Origin: Raja brachyura
Lineage: Eukaryota
Direction: 5' to 3'
NCBI GenBank assembly: GCA_963514005.1
Contig: OY740799.1
Location: forward strand, 33,232,001-33,296,000
DNA length: 64,000 bases
Below are positions 26,901 through 41,900 of this stretch, in pieces. A program made the position numbers and the translations under genes. Numbering within the stretch: the stretch's first letter is position 1; each line of letters starts with the position of its first letter. Under the pieces are notes generated by a model. That model was not told the origin of the DNA. It saw nothing but the letters and a program-made list of their open reading frames with translations, and did not search any database.

Positions 26901-29900
26901 TCTTTTCACCATATACAGTACGTAGCATGTTTAAAGGTGATATGGTGAGGCAGCGCAACTACTCCAATAATGTTCTTCAATAGCACGCTGAGACCAACTC
27001 ATGAAAGTGGGAAGAATATCCGCCTGTTAAAATCATGCAATAGTTAGTGCACAGCTGCAGTCAGCTGCCTGATAAGTGACCTCGCGTTTGTGCTTTATGC
27101 TTTTTCCCCATTGTTCTGTTCTGCACTTGCAATTACTGTTTCCCTGTCTGATACTTGAGGTTGTATGTCAATTCAGATCAATCAACAGTTCCCCAAACAT
27201 ATTATTATTATTCCCGTTTTACTGTTCCCACTTTTTTTTAAACTGTAATTTGGAAGATTCATGTTGATGCACAACCATGTTTCTCTAATCTTGTGTTTTA
27301 TATTTATGTTTATATTTTCCACTTTGTATTGTTTTATACAAGTTTGCCTTATGTTTTCTTTCTTTACATTACAGTGCCAGACTGTTTGGGTGTATGGTCT
27401 CATTGGCATAGTAAACATACACCAACACCGTCATCTCCAAATGATTATGAATTGTTGAACACATATGGCCCTACATTTTGCCCATCTCCTTCCGATAAAA
27501 TTACCACCATTCAGTGCCAATTTGCCAACAATCCTGAATGGCCACTAAGTGTATCGCCAGATCATGTGACCTGCAATGTAGACGTCGGATTGATCTGCAC
27601 GTTCTCTGGATCTCCTTCTGGCCACTTTTGTAATGACTACAGAATTAGAGTTTGCTGCGAGCCAACTGGGACTACAACTATCCCCACGACTACAACTGAG
27701 TCTACCACCAGTCCCAAGACTGGTGAGTGATACCTTCTCCAGTACCTGTTAACAGTCGTTTTAAAGGAAGGACAACAATGTCCAAAGTATGTCCAGCTTG
27801 TGCTGGAATTGAACCAAATACAAATGTTACTGCTGAATGTTGCGATGATTATAAATTTGCAGTGGCTTTTGTTGAAGTTATTCCACAACTTCTCTTTAAT
27901 CAATATATGCTGATTTTGTTACTACACTCCCAAATGTGCCTTTCTTCGTTGAATATAAAGGACATGTATGCATTTGTTTGCAGAAGAAACAACAACAACA
28001 ACAACTACGACCACCACAGAATCTACCACCAGTCCTACAACTGGTAAGTGATAACTTATCTCAATGTACACTCATGGGTTTTTTTTATCACAGCTGAGCT
28101 CATACACACATGTTCCCATCCTTGCTTCAAGTTTTGCAATTTCAGCTCAGTAGTTCATGATCCCATTTCAGAGTCTGTGGGTCAGTCGTGATGGTCCTCT
28201 GATGCAGGATAGGGATAGTGCAGCATTGCCAATACTGTGCTATTCAGCATGAGATTTTGAGCTGTGTTTGTGAATGTGCTGCCGTGACTGAGGTATATCT
28301 TATGGCCAAATTACAGAAAATTACAGAAAAAACATGAATAATAACAATTATTGCAACAACATTTCTCAGAATATATTTTTAAGCTTTTTAGTTTGTACAG
28401 TGAAGATATGAATAAGTAGGTTAAGGTGTTCCCTACATTTCAGCTGTGACCATATTTTAGTACAATTTCAGCTCAATAGATAATGAGCTGGGTTTGTTCA
28501 ATATATGTTGATTTTGTTACTACTCACTCAAATGAGCCTCTCGTTGTGGGATAACTTCCCTCAATGTGCACTAATTATTTTGTTATCACTGTTGAGCTCA
28601 TATACATCATACACTCATGTTCAGTGGTAGGGCTTTATCCTCCTTGCATCAAGTTTGGCAATTTCAGCTCAGTCATTCATGGTCCCATTTCAGAGTCTGT
28701 TTGTTCAGTCTTGATGGTCCTCTGGTGCATGATAGGGGTAGTGCGGCAGTGCCGATTATATGCAAATCTGCTTCAGATTTTGAGCTGGGTTTGTAAATGT
28801 ACTGTTGTGACAGCAGTATATCTTGTGGCCAATGGCAAAGAACAGAAAAGTCTCTCCACTGCTCTGAATAATAGCAATAATTACAGCAACATTTCTCAGA
28901 AAATGTTTTTTAGCTGTATAGTTTATTCAGTGAGGATATGAATAAGTACAGTGGCTTGCAAAAGTTTTCATACCCCTTGAACTTTTCCACACTTTGTCAC
29001 GTTACAACCACAAACGTAAATGTATTTTATTAGGATTTTACGTGATAGACCAACACAAAGTGGCGCATAATTGTGAAGTTGAAGGAAAATTATACGAGGT
29101 TTTAAAATTTTTTTACAAATAAAAAACTGAAAAGTGTGGCGTGCAAAAGTATTCAGCCCCCTTTACTCTGATACCCCTAAATAAAATCTAGTGCAACCAA
29201 TTGCCTTCAGAAGTCACCTAATTAGTAAATAGAGTCCACTTGTGTGTAATCTAATCTCAGTATAAATACAGCTGTTCTGTGAAGGTCTCAGAGGTTTGTT
29301 AGAGAACATTAGTGAACAAACAGCTTCATGAAGCCCAAGGAACGCACCAGACAGGTCAGGGATAAAGTTGTGGAGAAGTTTAAAGCAGGGTTAGGTTATA
29401 AAAAAATATCCCAAACTTTGAACATCTCACGGAGCACTGTTCAATCCATCATCCGAAAATAGAAAGAGTATGGCACAACTGCAAACCTACCAAGACATGG
29501 CCATCCACCTAAACTGACAGGCCGGGCAAGGAGAGCATTGATAAGAGACGCAGCCAAGAGGCCCATGGTAACTCTGGAGGAGCTGCAGAGATCCACAGCT
29601 CAGGTGGGAGAATCTGTCCACAGGACAACTATTAGTCGTGCACTCCACTAATCGGGCCTTTATGGAAGAGTGGCAAGAAGAAAGCCATTGTTGAAACAAA
29701 GCCATAAGAAGTCCCGTTTGCAGTTTTCCACAAGCCATGTGGGGGACACAGTAAACATGTGGAGGAAGGTTACACAAAATGCTGGAGAAACTCAGCGGGT
29801 GCAGCAACATCTAAGGAGCGAAGGAGATAGGCGACGTTTTGGGTCGGGACCCTTCTTCAGAAGGTGCTCTGGTCTGATGAGAACAAAATTGAAGGTTTTG

Positions 29901-32900
29901 GCCTAAATGCAAAACGCTATGTGTGGCGGAAACCTAACACAGCACATCACCCTGAACACACCATCCCCACTGTGAAACATGGTGGTGGCAGCGTCATGCT
30001 GTGGGGATGCTTTTCTTCAGCAGGGACAGGGAAGCTGGTCAGAGTTGATGGGAAGATGGATAGAGCCAAATACAGGGCAATCTTGGAAGAAATTCTGCTA
30101 GAGTCTGCAAAAGACTTGAGACTGGGGCGGAGGTTCACCTTCCAGCAGGACAACGACCCTAAACATACAGCCAGAGCTACAATGGAATGGTTTAGATCAA
30201 AGCATATTCATGTGTTAGAATGGCCCAGTCAAAGTCCAGACCTAAATCCAATTGAGAATCTCTGGCAAGACTTGAAAATTGCTGTTCACAGACGCTCTCC
30301 ATCCAATCTGACTAAGCTTGAGCTATTTTGCAAAGAAGAATGGGCAAAAATTTCAGTCTCTAGATGTGCAAAGCTGGTAGAGACATACCCCAAAAGCCTT
30401 GCAGCTGTAATTGCAGCGAAAGGTGGTTCTAAAAAGTATTGACTCAGGGGGGCAGAATACTTTTGCATGCCACACTTTTCAGTTTTTTATTTGTAATAAA
30501 ATTTGGAAACCATGTATCATTTTCCTTCCGCTTCACAATTATGCAGCACTTTGTGTTGGTCTATCACATAAAATCCCAATATAATACATTTACGTTTGTG
30601 GTTGTTACGTGACAAAATGTGGAAAAGTTCAAGGGTTATGAAAACTTTTGCAAGCCACTGTATGTCACGGTGTTCCCTACATTTCAGCTGTGACCGTATT
30701 TCAGTACAATTTCTTGCAGTAAGACCTTTGCTAAATGGGAAGTAATTAAATGTGTTTATTTCCACTTTACTCTTTTGTAATTGGGAAATATCTGCTGAAT
30801 TTGCTGGTCATTCATAATCTTGTATTCAAGATGAATGAATTATTTGTCCATTAACTTGTTTTTCTTTTGAAGAAACATCTACAACAACCAGCACAACTGA
30901 GGCCACAACCACTTCCACAACTGGTGAGTAATGATATTTTCAAGAATCATTTGCGATTCATTTTAATACAGTACAAGCCTCTGCCAGACTACATATGCAC
31001 ATACTGAGTATCTATGTATATACAGATAATTTTGCTTCTAAACAAAAGTAAATCCTTTGTTATTTTCCATTAAAAAACAGTTACCACGGTGACACCAAGC
31101 ACCATCACCTCCACACCAGGTGATTGAATGCTTCTGTCGGTATGTTATTAGCAGCCATTAGGTTCAGACATTTTTTTTTATGTAATGGTTTTAATTGCAG
31201 AAGAAACAACAACAACAACAACAACAGAGACAACCACCACTGAGTCTACCACCAGTCCCACGACTGGTGAGTGATACCTTCTCCAGTACTTGTTAACAGT
31301 CATTTTAAAGGACGGACAACAATGTCCAAAGTATGTCCAGCTTGTGCTGGACGTACAAATTAGAACCACAAAGAGTTCAACCACATACAAATGTTACTGC
31401 TGAATGCCTTGTTGATTATAAATTTGCAGTGGCTTTTGTTGTAGTTATTCCACAACTTCTTTTAATTTATGTAATATATGCTGATTTTGTTACTACTCTC
31501 CCAAATTCTTCAAGTTGAATATAAAGGACATGTATGCATTTGTTTACAGAAGAAACAACAACACCAACAACAACAGCCACGACCACAACAGAAACAACTC
31601 CCACGGTGCCACCAAGCACCACCACCACCTACACAACAGGTGAGTGATCACCTCTGTCAGTAGGTTATTACCAGCTGTAACGTTCAGTCATTCGATTTCA
31701 ACTTCTGCTTGCCCTCACTTGAATCATTCTTCAAGTTGCATGTAATGCTTTTATTTGCAGAAAAAACAACAACAGAGCCAACCACAACCGCGTCTACCAC
31801 CAGCCCCACAACTGGTGAGTAATGCATTTTACCAATCATTTTAACACAAATATGCTCAAATACAGTATCACTCGCAGGTTGTGACAAGGAAGTACAAGGA
31901 GCCATTATAAGCTCCATACAAACAGCACCGAATATCAGGATTGAACTTGGATCTCTCAAGCTTTCAGGCAAAGGCGAGGCATAGCCTTCCACAGCTTATT
32001 GAGAGTGGTCTTCTTTTCATTATAATCTCTTTCCTGCTTTAACTCTTGGTTCTGTTTAATGAATTGACAGCAAACGTGTTCCTTTATCATATATTATCCT
32101 GGAGCAGCTACCTTTTTGCCATTTCCCTCTTGCCCACCAATTAATCTCTTCTGCATATATGATATATCTTTTCACCATATACAGTACGTAGCATGTTTAA
32201 AGGTGATATGGTGAGGCAGCGCAACTACTCCAATAATGTTCTTCAATAGCACGCTGAGACCAACTCATGAAAGTGGGAAGAATATCCGCCTGTTAAAATC
32301 ATGCAATAGTTAGTGCACAGCTGCAGTCAGCTGCCTGATAAGTGACCTCGCGTTTGTGCTTTATGCTTTTTCCCCATTGTTCTGTTCTGCACTTGCAATT
32401 ACTGTTTCCCTGTCTGATACTTGAGGTTGTATGTCAATTCAGATCAATCAACAGTTCCCCAAACATATTATTATTATTCCCGTTTTACTGTTCCCACTTT
32501 TTTTTAAACTGTAATTTGGAAGATTCATGTTGATGCACAACCATGTTTCTCTAATCTTGTGTTTTATATTTATGTTTATATTTTCCACTTTGTATTGTTT
32601 TATACAAGTTTGCCTTATGTTTTCTTTCTTTACATTACAGTGCCAGACTGTTTGGGTGTATGGTCTCATTGGCATAGTAAACATACACCAACACCGTCAT
32701 CTCCAAATGATTATGAATTGTTGAACACATATGGCCCTACATTTTGCCCATCTCCTTCCGATAAAATTACCACCATTCAGTGCCAATTTGCCAACAATCC
32801 TGAATGGCCACTAAGTGTATCGCCAGATCATGTGACCTGCAATGTAGACGTCGGATTGATCTGCACGTTCTCTGGATCTCCTTCTGGCCACTTTTGTAAT

Positions 32901-35900
32901 GACTACAGAATTAGAGTTTGCTGCGAGCCAACTGGGACTACAACTATCCCCACGACTACAACTGAGTCTACCACCAGTCCCAAGACTGGTGAGTGATACC
33001 TTCTCCAGTACCTGTTAACAGTCGTTTTAAAGGAAGGACAACAATGTCCAAAGTATGTCCAGCTTGTGCTGGAATTGAACCAAATACAAATGTTACTGCT
33101 GAATGTTGCGATGATTATAAATTTGCAGTGGCTTTTGTTGAAGTTATTCCACAACTTCTCTTTAATCAATATATGCTGATTTTGTTACTACACTCCCAAA
33201 TGTGCCTTTCTTCGTTGAATATAAAGGACATGTATGCATTTGTTTGCAGAAGAAACAACAACAACAACAACTACGACCACCACAGAATCTACCACCAGTC
33301 CTACAACTGGTAAGTGATAACTTATCTCAATGTACACTCATGGGTTTTTTTTATCACAGCTGAGCTCATACACACATGTTCCCATCCTTGCTTCAAGTTT
33401 TGCAATTTCAGCTCAGTAGTTCATGATCCCATTTCAGAGTCTGTGGGTCAGTCGTGATGGTCCTCTGATGCAGGATAGGGATAGTGCAGCATTGCCAATA
33501 CTGTGCTATTCAGCATGAGATTTTGAGCTGTGTTTGTGAATGTGCTGCCGTGACTGAGGTATATCTTATGGCCAAATTACAGAAAATTACAGAAAAAACA
33601 TGAATAATAACAATTATTGCAACAACATTTCTCAGAATATATTTTTAAGCTTTTTAGTTTGTACAGTGAAGATATGAATAAGTAGGTTAAGGTGTTCCCT
33701 ACATTTCAGCTGTGACCATATTTTAGTACAATTTCAGCTCAATAGATAATGAGCTGGGTTTGTTCAATATATGTTGATTTTGTTACTACTCACTCAAATG
33801 AGCCTCTCGTTGTGGGATAACTTCCCTCAATGTGCACTCATTATTTTGTTATCACTGTTGAGCTCATATACATCATACACTCATGTTCAGTGGTAGGGCT
33901 TTATCCTCCTTGCATCAAGTTTGGCAATTTCAGCTCAGTCATTCATGGTCCCATTTCAGAGTCTGTTTGTTCAGTCTTGATGGTCCTCTGGTGCATGATA
34001 GGGGTAGTGCGGCACTGCCGATTATATGCAAATCTGCTTCAGATTTTGAGCTGGGTTTGTAAATGTACTGTTGTGACAGCAGTATATCTTGTGGCCAATG
34101 GCAAAGAACAGAAAAGTCTCTCCACTGCTCTGAATAATAGCAATAATTACAGCAACATTTCTCAGAAAATGTTTTTTAGCTGTATAGTTTATTCAGTGAG
34201 GATATGAATAAGTACAGTGGCTTGCAAAAGTTTTCATACCCCTTGAACTTTTCCACACTTTGTCACGTTACAACCACAAACGTAAATGTATTTTATTAGG
34301 ATTTTACGTGATAGACCAACACAAAGTGGCGCATAATTGTGAAGTTGAAGGAAAATTATACGAGGTTTTAAAATTTTTTTACAAATAAAAAACTGAAAAG
34401 TGTGGCGTGCAAAAGTATTCAGCCCCCTTTACTCTGATACCCCTAAATAAAATCTAGTGCAACCAATTGCCTTCAGAAGTCACCTAATTAGTAAATAGAG
34501 TCCACTTGTGTGTAATCTAATCTCAGTATAAATACAGCTGTTCTGTGAAGGTCTCAGAGGTTTGTTAGAGAACATTAGTGAACAAACAGCTTCATGAAGC
34601 CCAAGGAACGCACCAGACAGGTCAGGGATAAAGTTGTGGAGAAGTTTAAAGCAGGGTTAGGTTATAAAAAAATATCCCAAACTTTGAACATCTCACGGAG
34701 CACTGTTCAATCCATCATCCGAAAATAGAAAGAGTATGGCACAACTGCAAACCTACCAAGACATGGCCATCCACCTAAACTGACAGGCCGGGCAAGGAGA
34801 GCATTGATAAGAGACGCAGCCAAGAGGCCCATGGTAACTCTGGAGGAGCTGCAGAGATCCACAGCTCAGGTGGGAGAATCTGTCCACAGGACAACTATTA
34901 GTCGTGCACTCCACTAATCGGGCCTTTATGGAAGAGTGGCAAGAAGAAAGCCATTGTTGAAACAAAGCCATAAGAAGTCCCGTTTGCAGTTTTCCACAAG
35001 CCATGTGGGGGACACAGTAAACATGTGGAGGAAGGTTACACAAAATGCTGGAGAAACTCAGCGGGTGCAGCAACATCTAAGGAGCGAAGGAGATAGGCGA
35101 CGTTTTGGGTCGGGACCCTTCTTCAGAAGGTGCTCTGGTCTGATGAGAACAAAATTGAAGGTTTTGGCCTAAATGCAAAACGCTATGTGTGGCGGAAACC
35201 TAACACAGCACATCACCCTGAACACACCATCCCCACTGTGAAACATGGTGGTGGCAGCGTCATGCTGTGGGGATGCTTTTCTTCAGCAGGGACAGGGAAG
35301 CTGGTCAGAGTTGATGGGAAGATGGATAGAGCCAAATACAGGGCAATCTTGGAAGAAATTCTGCTAGAGTCTGCAAAAGACTTGAGACTGGGGCGGAGGT
35401 TCACCTTCCAGCAGGACAACGACCCTAAACATACAGCCAGAGCTACAATGGAATGGTTTAGATCAAAGCATATTCATGTGTTAGAATGGCCCAGTCAAAG
35501 TCCAGACCTAAATCCAATTGAGAATCTCTGGCAAGACTTGAAAATTGCTGTTCACAGACGCTCTCCATCCAATCTGACTAAGCTTGAGCTATTTTGCAAA
35601 GAAGAATGGGCAAAAATTTCAGTCTCTAGATGTGCAAAGCTGGTAGAGACATACCCCAAAAGCCTTGCAGCTGTAATTGCAGCGAAAGGTGGTTCTAAAA
35701 AGTATTGACTCAGGGGGGCAGAATACTTTTGCATGCCACACTTTTCAGTTTTTTATTTGTAATAAAATTTGGAAACCATGTATCATTTTCCTTCCGCTTC
35801 ACAATTATGCAGCACTTTGTGTTGGTCTATCACATAAAATCCCAATATAATACATTTACGTTTGTGGTTGTTACGTGACAAAATGTGGAAAAGTTCAAGG

Positions 35901-38900
35901 GTTATGAAAACTTTTGCAAGCCACTGTATGTCACGGTGTTCCCTACATTTCAGCTGTGACCGTATTTCAGTACAATTTCTTGCAGTAAGACCTTTGCTAA
36001 ATGGGAAGTAATTAAATGTGTTTATTTCCACTTTACTCTTTTGTAATTGGGAAATATCTGCTGAATTTGCTGGTCATTCATAATCTTGTATTCAAGATGA
36101 ATGAATTATTTGTCCATTAACTTGTTTTTCTTTTGAAGAAACATCTACAACAACCAGCACAACTGAGGCCACAACCACTTCCACAACTGGTGAGTAATGA
36201 TATTTTCAAGAATCATTTGCGATTCATTTTAATACAGTACAAGCCTCTGCCAGACTACATATGCACATACTGAGTATCTATGTATATACAGATAATTTTG
36301 CTTCTAAACAAAAGTAAATCCTTTGTTATTTTCCATTAAAAAACAGTTACCACGGTGACACCAAGCACCATCACCTCCACACCAGGTGATTGAATGCTTC
36401 TGTCGGTATGTTATTAGCAGCCATTAGGTTCAGACATTTTTTTTTATGTAATGGTTTTAATTGCAGAAGAAACAACAACAACAACAACAACAGAGACAAC
36501 CACCACTGAGTCTACCACCAGTCCCACGACTGGTGAGTGATACCTTCTCCAGTACTTGTTAACAGTCATTTTAAAGGACGGACAACAATGTCCAAAGTAT
36601 GTCCAGCTTGTGCTGGACGTACAAATTAGAACCACAAAGAGTTCAACCACATACAAATGTTACTGCTGAATGCCTTGTTGATTATAAATTTGCAGTGGCT
36701 TTTGTTGTAGTTATTCCACAACTTCTTTTAATTTATGTAATATATGCTGATTTTGTTACTACTCTCCCAAATTCTTCAAGTTGAATATAAAGGACATGTA
36801 TGCATTTGTTTACAGAAGAAACAACAACACCAACAACAACAGCCACGACCACAACAGAAACAACTCCCACGGTGCCACCAAGCACCACCACCACCTACAC
36901 AACAGGTGAGTGATCACCTCTGTCAGTAGGTTATTACCAGCTGTAACGTTCAGTCATTCGATTTCAACTTCTGCTTGCCCTCACTTGAATCATTCTTCAA
37001 GTTGCATGTAATGCTTTTATTTGCAGAAAAAACAACAACAGAGCCAACCACAACCGCGTCTACCACCAGCCCCACAACTGGTGAGTAATGCATTTTACCA
37101 ATCATTTTAACACAAATATGCTCAAATACAGTATCACTCGCAGGTTGTGACAAGGAAGTACAAGGAGCCATTATAAGCTCCATACAAACAGCACCGAATA
37201 TCAGGATTGAACTTGGATCTCTCAAGCTTTCAGGCAAAGGCGAGGCATAGCCTTCCACAGCTTATTGAGAGTGGTCTTCTTTTCATTATAATCTCTTTCC
37301 TGCTTTAACTCTTGGTTCTGTTTAATGAATTGACAGCAAACGTGTTCCTTTATCATATATTATCCTGGAGCAGCTACCTTTTTGCCATTTCCCTCTTGCC
37401 CACCAATTAATCTCTTCTGCATATATGATCTATCTTTTCACCACATACAGTACGTAGCATGTTTAAAGGTGATATGGTGAGGCAGCGCAACTACTCCAAT
37501 AATGTTCTTCAATAGCACGCTGAGACCAACCCATGAAAGTGGGAAGAATATCCGCCTGTTAAAATCATGCAATAGTTAGTGCACAGCTGCAGTCAGCTGC
37601 CTGATAAGTGACCTCGCGTTTGTGCTTTATGCTTTTTCCCCATTGTTCTGTTCTGCACTTGCAATTACTGTTTCCCTGTCTGATACTTGAGGTTGTATGT
37701 CAGTTCAGATCAATCAACAGTTCCCCAAACATATTATTATTATTCCCGTTTTACTGTTCCCACTTTTTTTTAAACTGTAATTTGGAAGATTCATGTTGAT
37801 GCACAACCATGTTTCTCTAATCTTGTGTTTTATATTTATGTTTATATTTTCCACTTTGTATTGTCTTATACAAGTTTGCCTTATGTTTTCTTTCTTTACA
37901 TTACAGTGCCAGACTGTTTGGGTGTATGGTCTCATTGGCATAGTAAACATACACCAACACCGTCATCTCCAAATGATTATGAATTGTTGAACACATATGG
38001 CCCTACATTTTGCCCATCTCCTTCCGATAAAATTACCACCATTCAGTGCCAATTTGCCAACAATCCTGAATGGCCACTAAGTGTATCGCCAGATCATGTG
38101 ACCTGCAATATAGACGTCGGATTGATCTGCACGTTCTCTGGATCTCCTTCTGGCCACTTTTGTAATGACTACAGAATTAGAGTTTGCTGCGAGCCAACTG
38201 AGACTACAACTGTCCCCACGACTACAACTGAGTCTACCACCAGTCCCACGACTGGTGAGTGATACCTTCTCCAGTACTTGTTAACAGTCGTTTTAAAGGA
38301 AGGACAACAATGTCCAAAGTATGTCCAGCTTGTGCTGGAATTGAACCAAATACAAATGTTACTGCTGAATGTTGCGATGATTATAAATTTGCAGTGGCTT
38401 TTGTTGAAGTTATTCCACAACTTCTCTTTAATCAATATATGCTGATTTTGTTACTACACTCCCAAATGTGCCTTTCTTCGTTGAATATAAAGGACATGTA
38501 TGCATTTGTTTACAGAAGAAACAACAACAACAACAACTACGACCACCACAGAATCTACCACCAGTCCTACAACTGGTAAGTGATAACTTATCTCAATGTA
38601 CACTCATGGTTTTTTTTTATCACAGCTGAGCTCATACACACATGTTCCCATCCTTGCTTCAAGTTTTGCAATTTCAGCTCAGTAGTTCATGATCCCATTT
38701 CAGAGTCTGTGGGTCAGTCGTGATGGTCCTCTGATGCAGGATAGGGATAGTGCAGCATTGCCAATACTGTGCTATTCAGCATGAGATTTTGAGCTGTGTT
38801 TGTGAATGTGCTGCCGTGACTGAGGTATATCTTATGGCCAAATTACAGAAAATTACAGAAAAAACATGAATAATAACAATTATTGCAACAACATTTCTCA

Positions 38901-41900
38901 GAATATATTTTTAAGCTTTTTAGTTTATACAGTGAAGATATGAATAAGTAGGTTAAGGTGTTCCCTACATTTCAGCTGTGACCATATTTTAGTACAATTT
39001 CAGCTCAATAGATAATGAGCTGGGTTTGTTCAATATATGTTGATTTTGTTACTACTCACTCAAATGAGCCTCTCGTTGTGGGATAACTTCCCTCAATGTG
39101 CACTCATTATTTTGTTATCACTGTTGAGCTCATATACATCATACACTCATGTTCAGTGGTAGGGCTTTATCCTCCTTGCATCAAGTTTGGCAATTTCAGC
39201 TCAGTCATTCATGGTCCCATTTCAGAGTCTGTTTGTTCAGTCTTGATGGTCCTCTGGTGCATGATAGGGGTAGTGCGGCACTGCCGATTATATGCAAATC
39301 TGCTTCAGATTTTGAGCTGGGTTTGTAAATGTACTGTTGTGACAGCAGTATATCTTGTGGCCAATGGCAAAGAACAGAAAAGTCTCTCCACTGCTCTGAA
39401 TAATAGCAATAATTACAGCAACATTTCTCAGAAAATGTTTTTTAGCTGTATAGTTTATTCAGTGAGGATATGAATAAGTACAGTGGCTTGCAAAAGTTTT
39501 CATACCCCTTGAACTTTTCCACATTTTGTCACGTTACAACCACAAACGTAAATGTATTTTATTAGGATTTTACGTGATAGACCAACACAAAGTGGCGCAT
39601 AATTGTGAAGTGGAAGGAAAATTATACGAGGTTTTAAATTTTTTTTACAAATAAAAAACTGAAAAGTGTGGCGTGCAAAAGTATTCAGCCCCCTTTACTC
39701 TGATACCCCTAAATAAAATCTAGTGCAACCAATTGCCTTCAGAAGTCACCTAATTAGTAAATAGAGTCCACTTGTGTGTAATCTAATCTCAGTATAAATA
39801 CAGCTGTTCTGTGAAGGCCTCAGAGGTTTGTTAGAGAACATTAGTGAACAAACAGCTTCATGAAGCCCAAGGAACGCACCAGACAGGTCAGGGATAAAGT
39901 TGTGGAGAAGTTTAAAGCAGGGTTAGGTTATAAAAAAATATCCCAAACTTTGAACATCTCACGGAGCACTGTTCAATCCATCATCCGAAAATAGAAAGAG
40001 TATGGCACAACTGCAAACCTACCAAGACATGGCCATCCACCTAAACTGACAGGCCGGGCAAGGAGAGCATTGATAAGAGACGCAGCCAAGAGGCCCATGG
40101 TAACTCTGGAGGAGCTGCAGAGATCCACAGCTCAGGTGGGAGAATCTGTCCACAGGACAACTATTAGTCGTGCACTCCACTAATCGGGCCTTTATGGAAG
40201 AGTGGCAAGAAGAAAGCCATTGTTGAAACAAAGCCATAAGAAGTCCCGTTTGCAGTTTTCCACAAGCCATGTGGGGGACACAGTAAACATGTGGAGGAAG
40301 GTTACACAAAATGCTGGAGAAACTCAGCGGGTGCAGCAACATCTAAGGAGCGAAGGAGATAGGCGACGTTTTGGGTCGGGACCCTTCTTCAGAAGGTGCT
40401 CTGGTCTGATGAGAACAAAATTGAAGGTTTTGGCCTAAATGCAAAACGCTATGTGTGGCGGAAACCTAACACAGCACATCACCCTGAACACACCATCCCC
40501 ACTGTGAAACATGGTGGTGGCAGCGTCATGCTGTGGGGATGCTTTTCTTCAGCAGGGACAGGGAAGCTGGTCAGAGTTGATGGGAAGATGGATAGAGCCA
40601 AATACAGGGCAATCTTGGAAGAAATTCTGCTAGAGTCTGCAAAAGACTTGAGACTGGGGCGGAGGTTCACCTTCCAGCAGGACAACGACCCTAAACATAC
40701 AGCCAGAGCTACAATGGAATGGTTTAGATCAAAGCATATTCATGTGTTAGAATGGCCCAGTCAAAGTCCAGACCTAAATCCAATTGAGAATCTCTGGCAA
40801 GACTTGAAAATTACTGTTCACAGACGCTCTCCATCCAATCTGACTAAGCTTGAGCTATTTTGCAAAGAAGAATGGGCAAAAATTTCAGTCTCTAGATGTG
40901 CAAAGCTGGTAGAGACATACCCCAAAAGCCTTGCAGCTGTAATTGCAGCGAAAGGTGGTTCTAAAAAGTATTGACTCAGGGGGGCAGAATACTTTTGCAT
41001 GCCACACTTTTCAGTTTTTTATTTGTAATAAAATTTGGAAACCATGTATCATTTTCCTTCCGCTTCACAATTATGCAGCACTTTGTGTTGGTCTATCACA
41101 TAAAATCCCAATATAATACATTTACGTTTGTGGTTGTTACGTGACAAAATGTGGAAAAGTTCAAGGGTTATGAAAACTTTTGCAAGCCACTGTATGTCAC
41201 GGTGTTCCCTACATTTCAGCTGTGACCGTATTTCAGTACAATTTCTTGCAGTAAGACCTTTGCTAAATGGGAAGTAATTAAATGTGTTTATTTCCACTTT
41301 ACTCTTTTGTAATTGGGAAATATCTGCTGAATTTGCTGGTCATTCATAATCTTGTATTCAAGATGAATGAATTATTTGTCCATTAACTTGTTTTTCTTTT
41401 GAAGAAACATCTACAACAACCAGCACAACTGAGGCCACAACCACTTCCACAACTGGTGAGTAATGATATTTTCAAGAATCATTTGCGATTCATTTTAATA
41501 CAGTACAAGCCTCTGCCAGACTACATATGCACATACTGAGTATCTATGTATATACAGATAATTTTGCTTCTAAACAAAAGTAAATCCTTTGTTATTTTCC
41601 ATTAAAAAACAGTTACCACGGTGACACCAAGCACCATCACCTCCACACCAGGTGATTGAATGCTTCTGTCGGTATGTTATTAGCAGCCATTAGGTTTAGA
41701 CATTTTTTTTTATGTAATGGTTTTAATTGCAGAAGAAACAACAACAACAACAACAACAGAGACAACCACCACTGAGTCTACCACCAGTCCCACGACTGGT
41801 GAGTGATACCTTCTCCAGTACTTGTTAACAGTCATTTTAAAGGACGGACAACAATGTCCAAAGTATGTCCAGCTTGTGCTGGACGTACAAATTAGAACCA

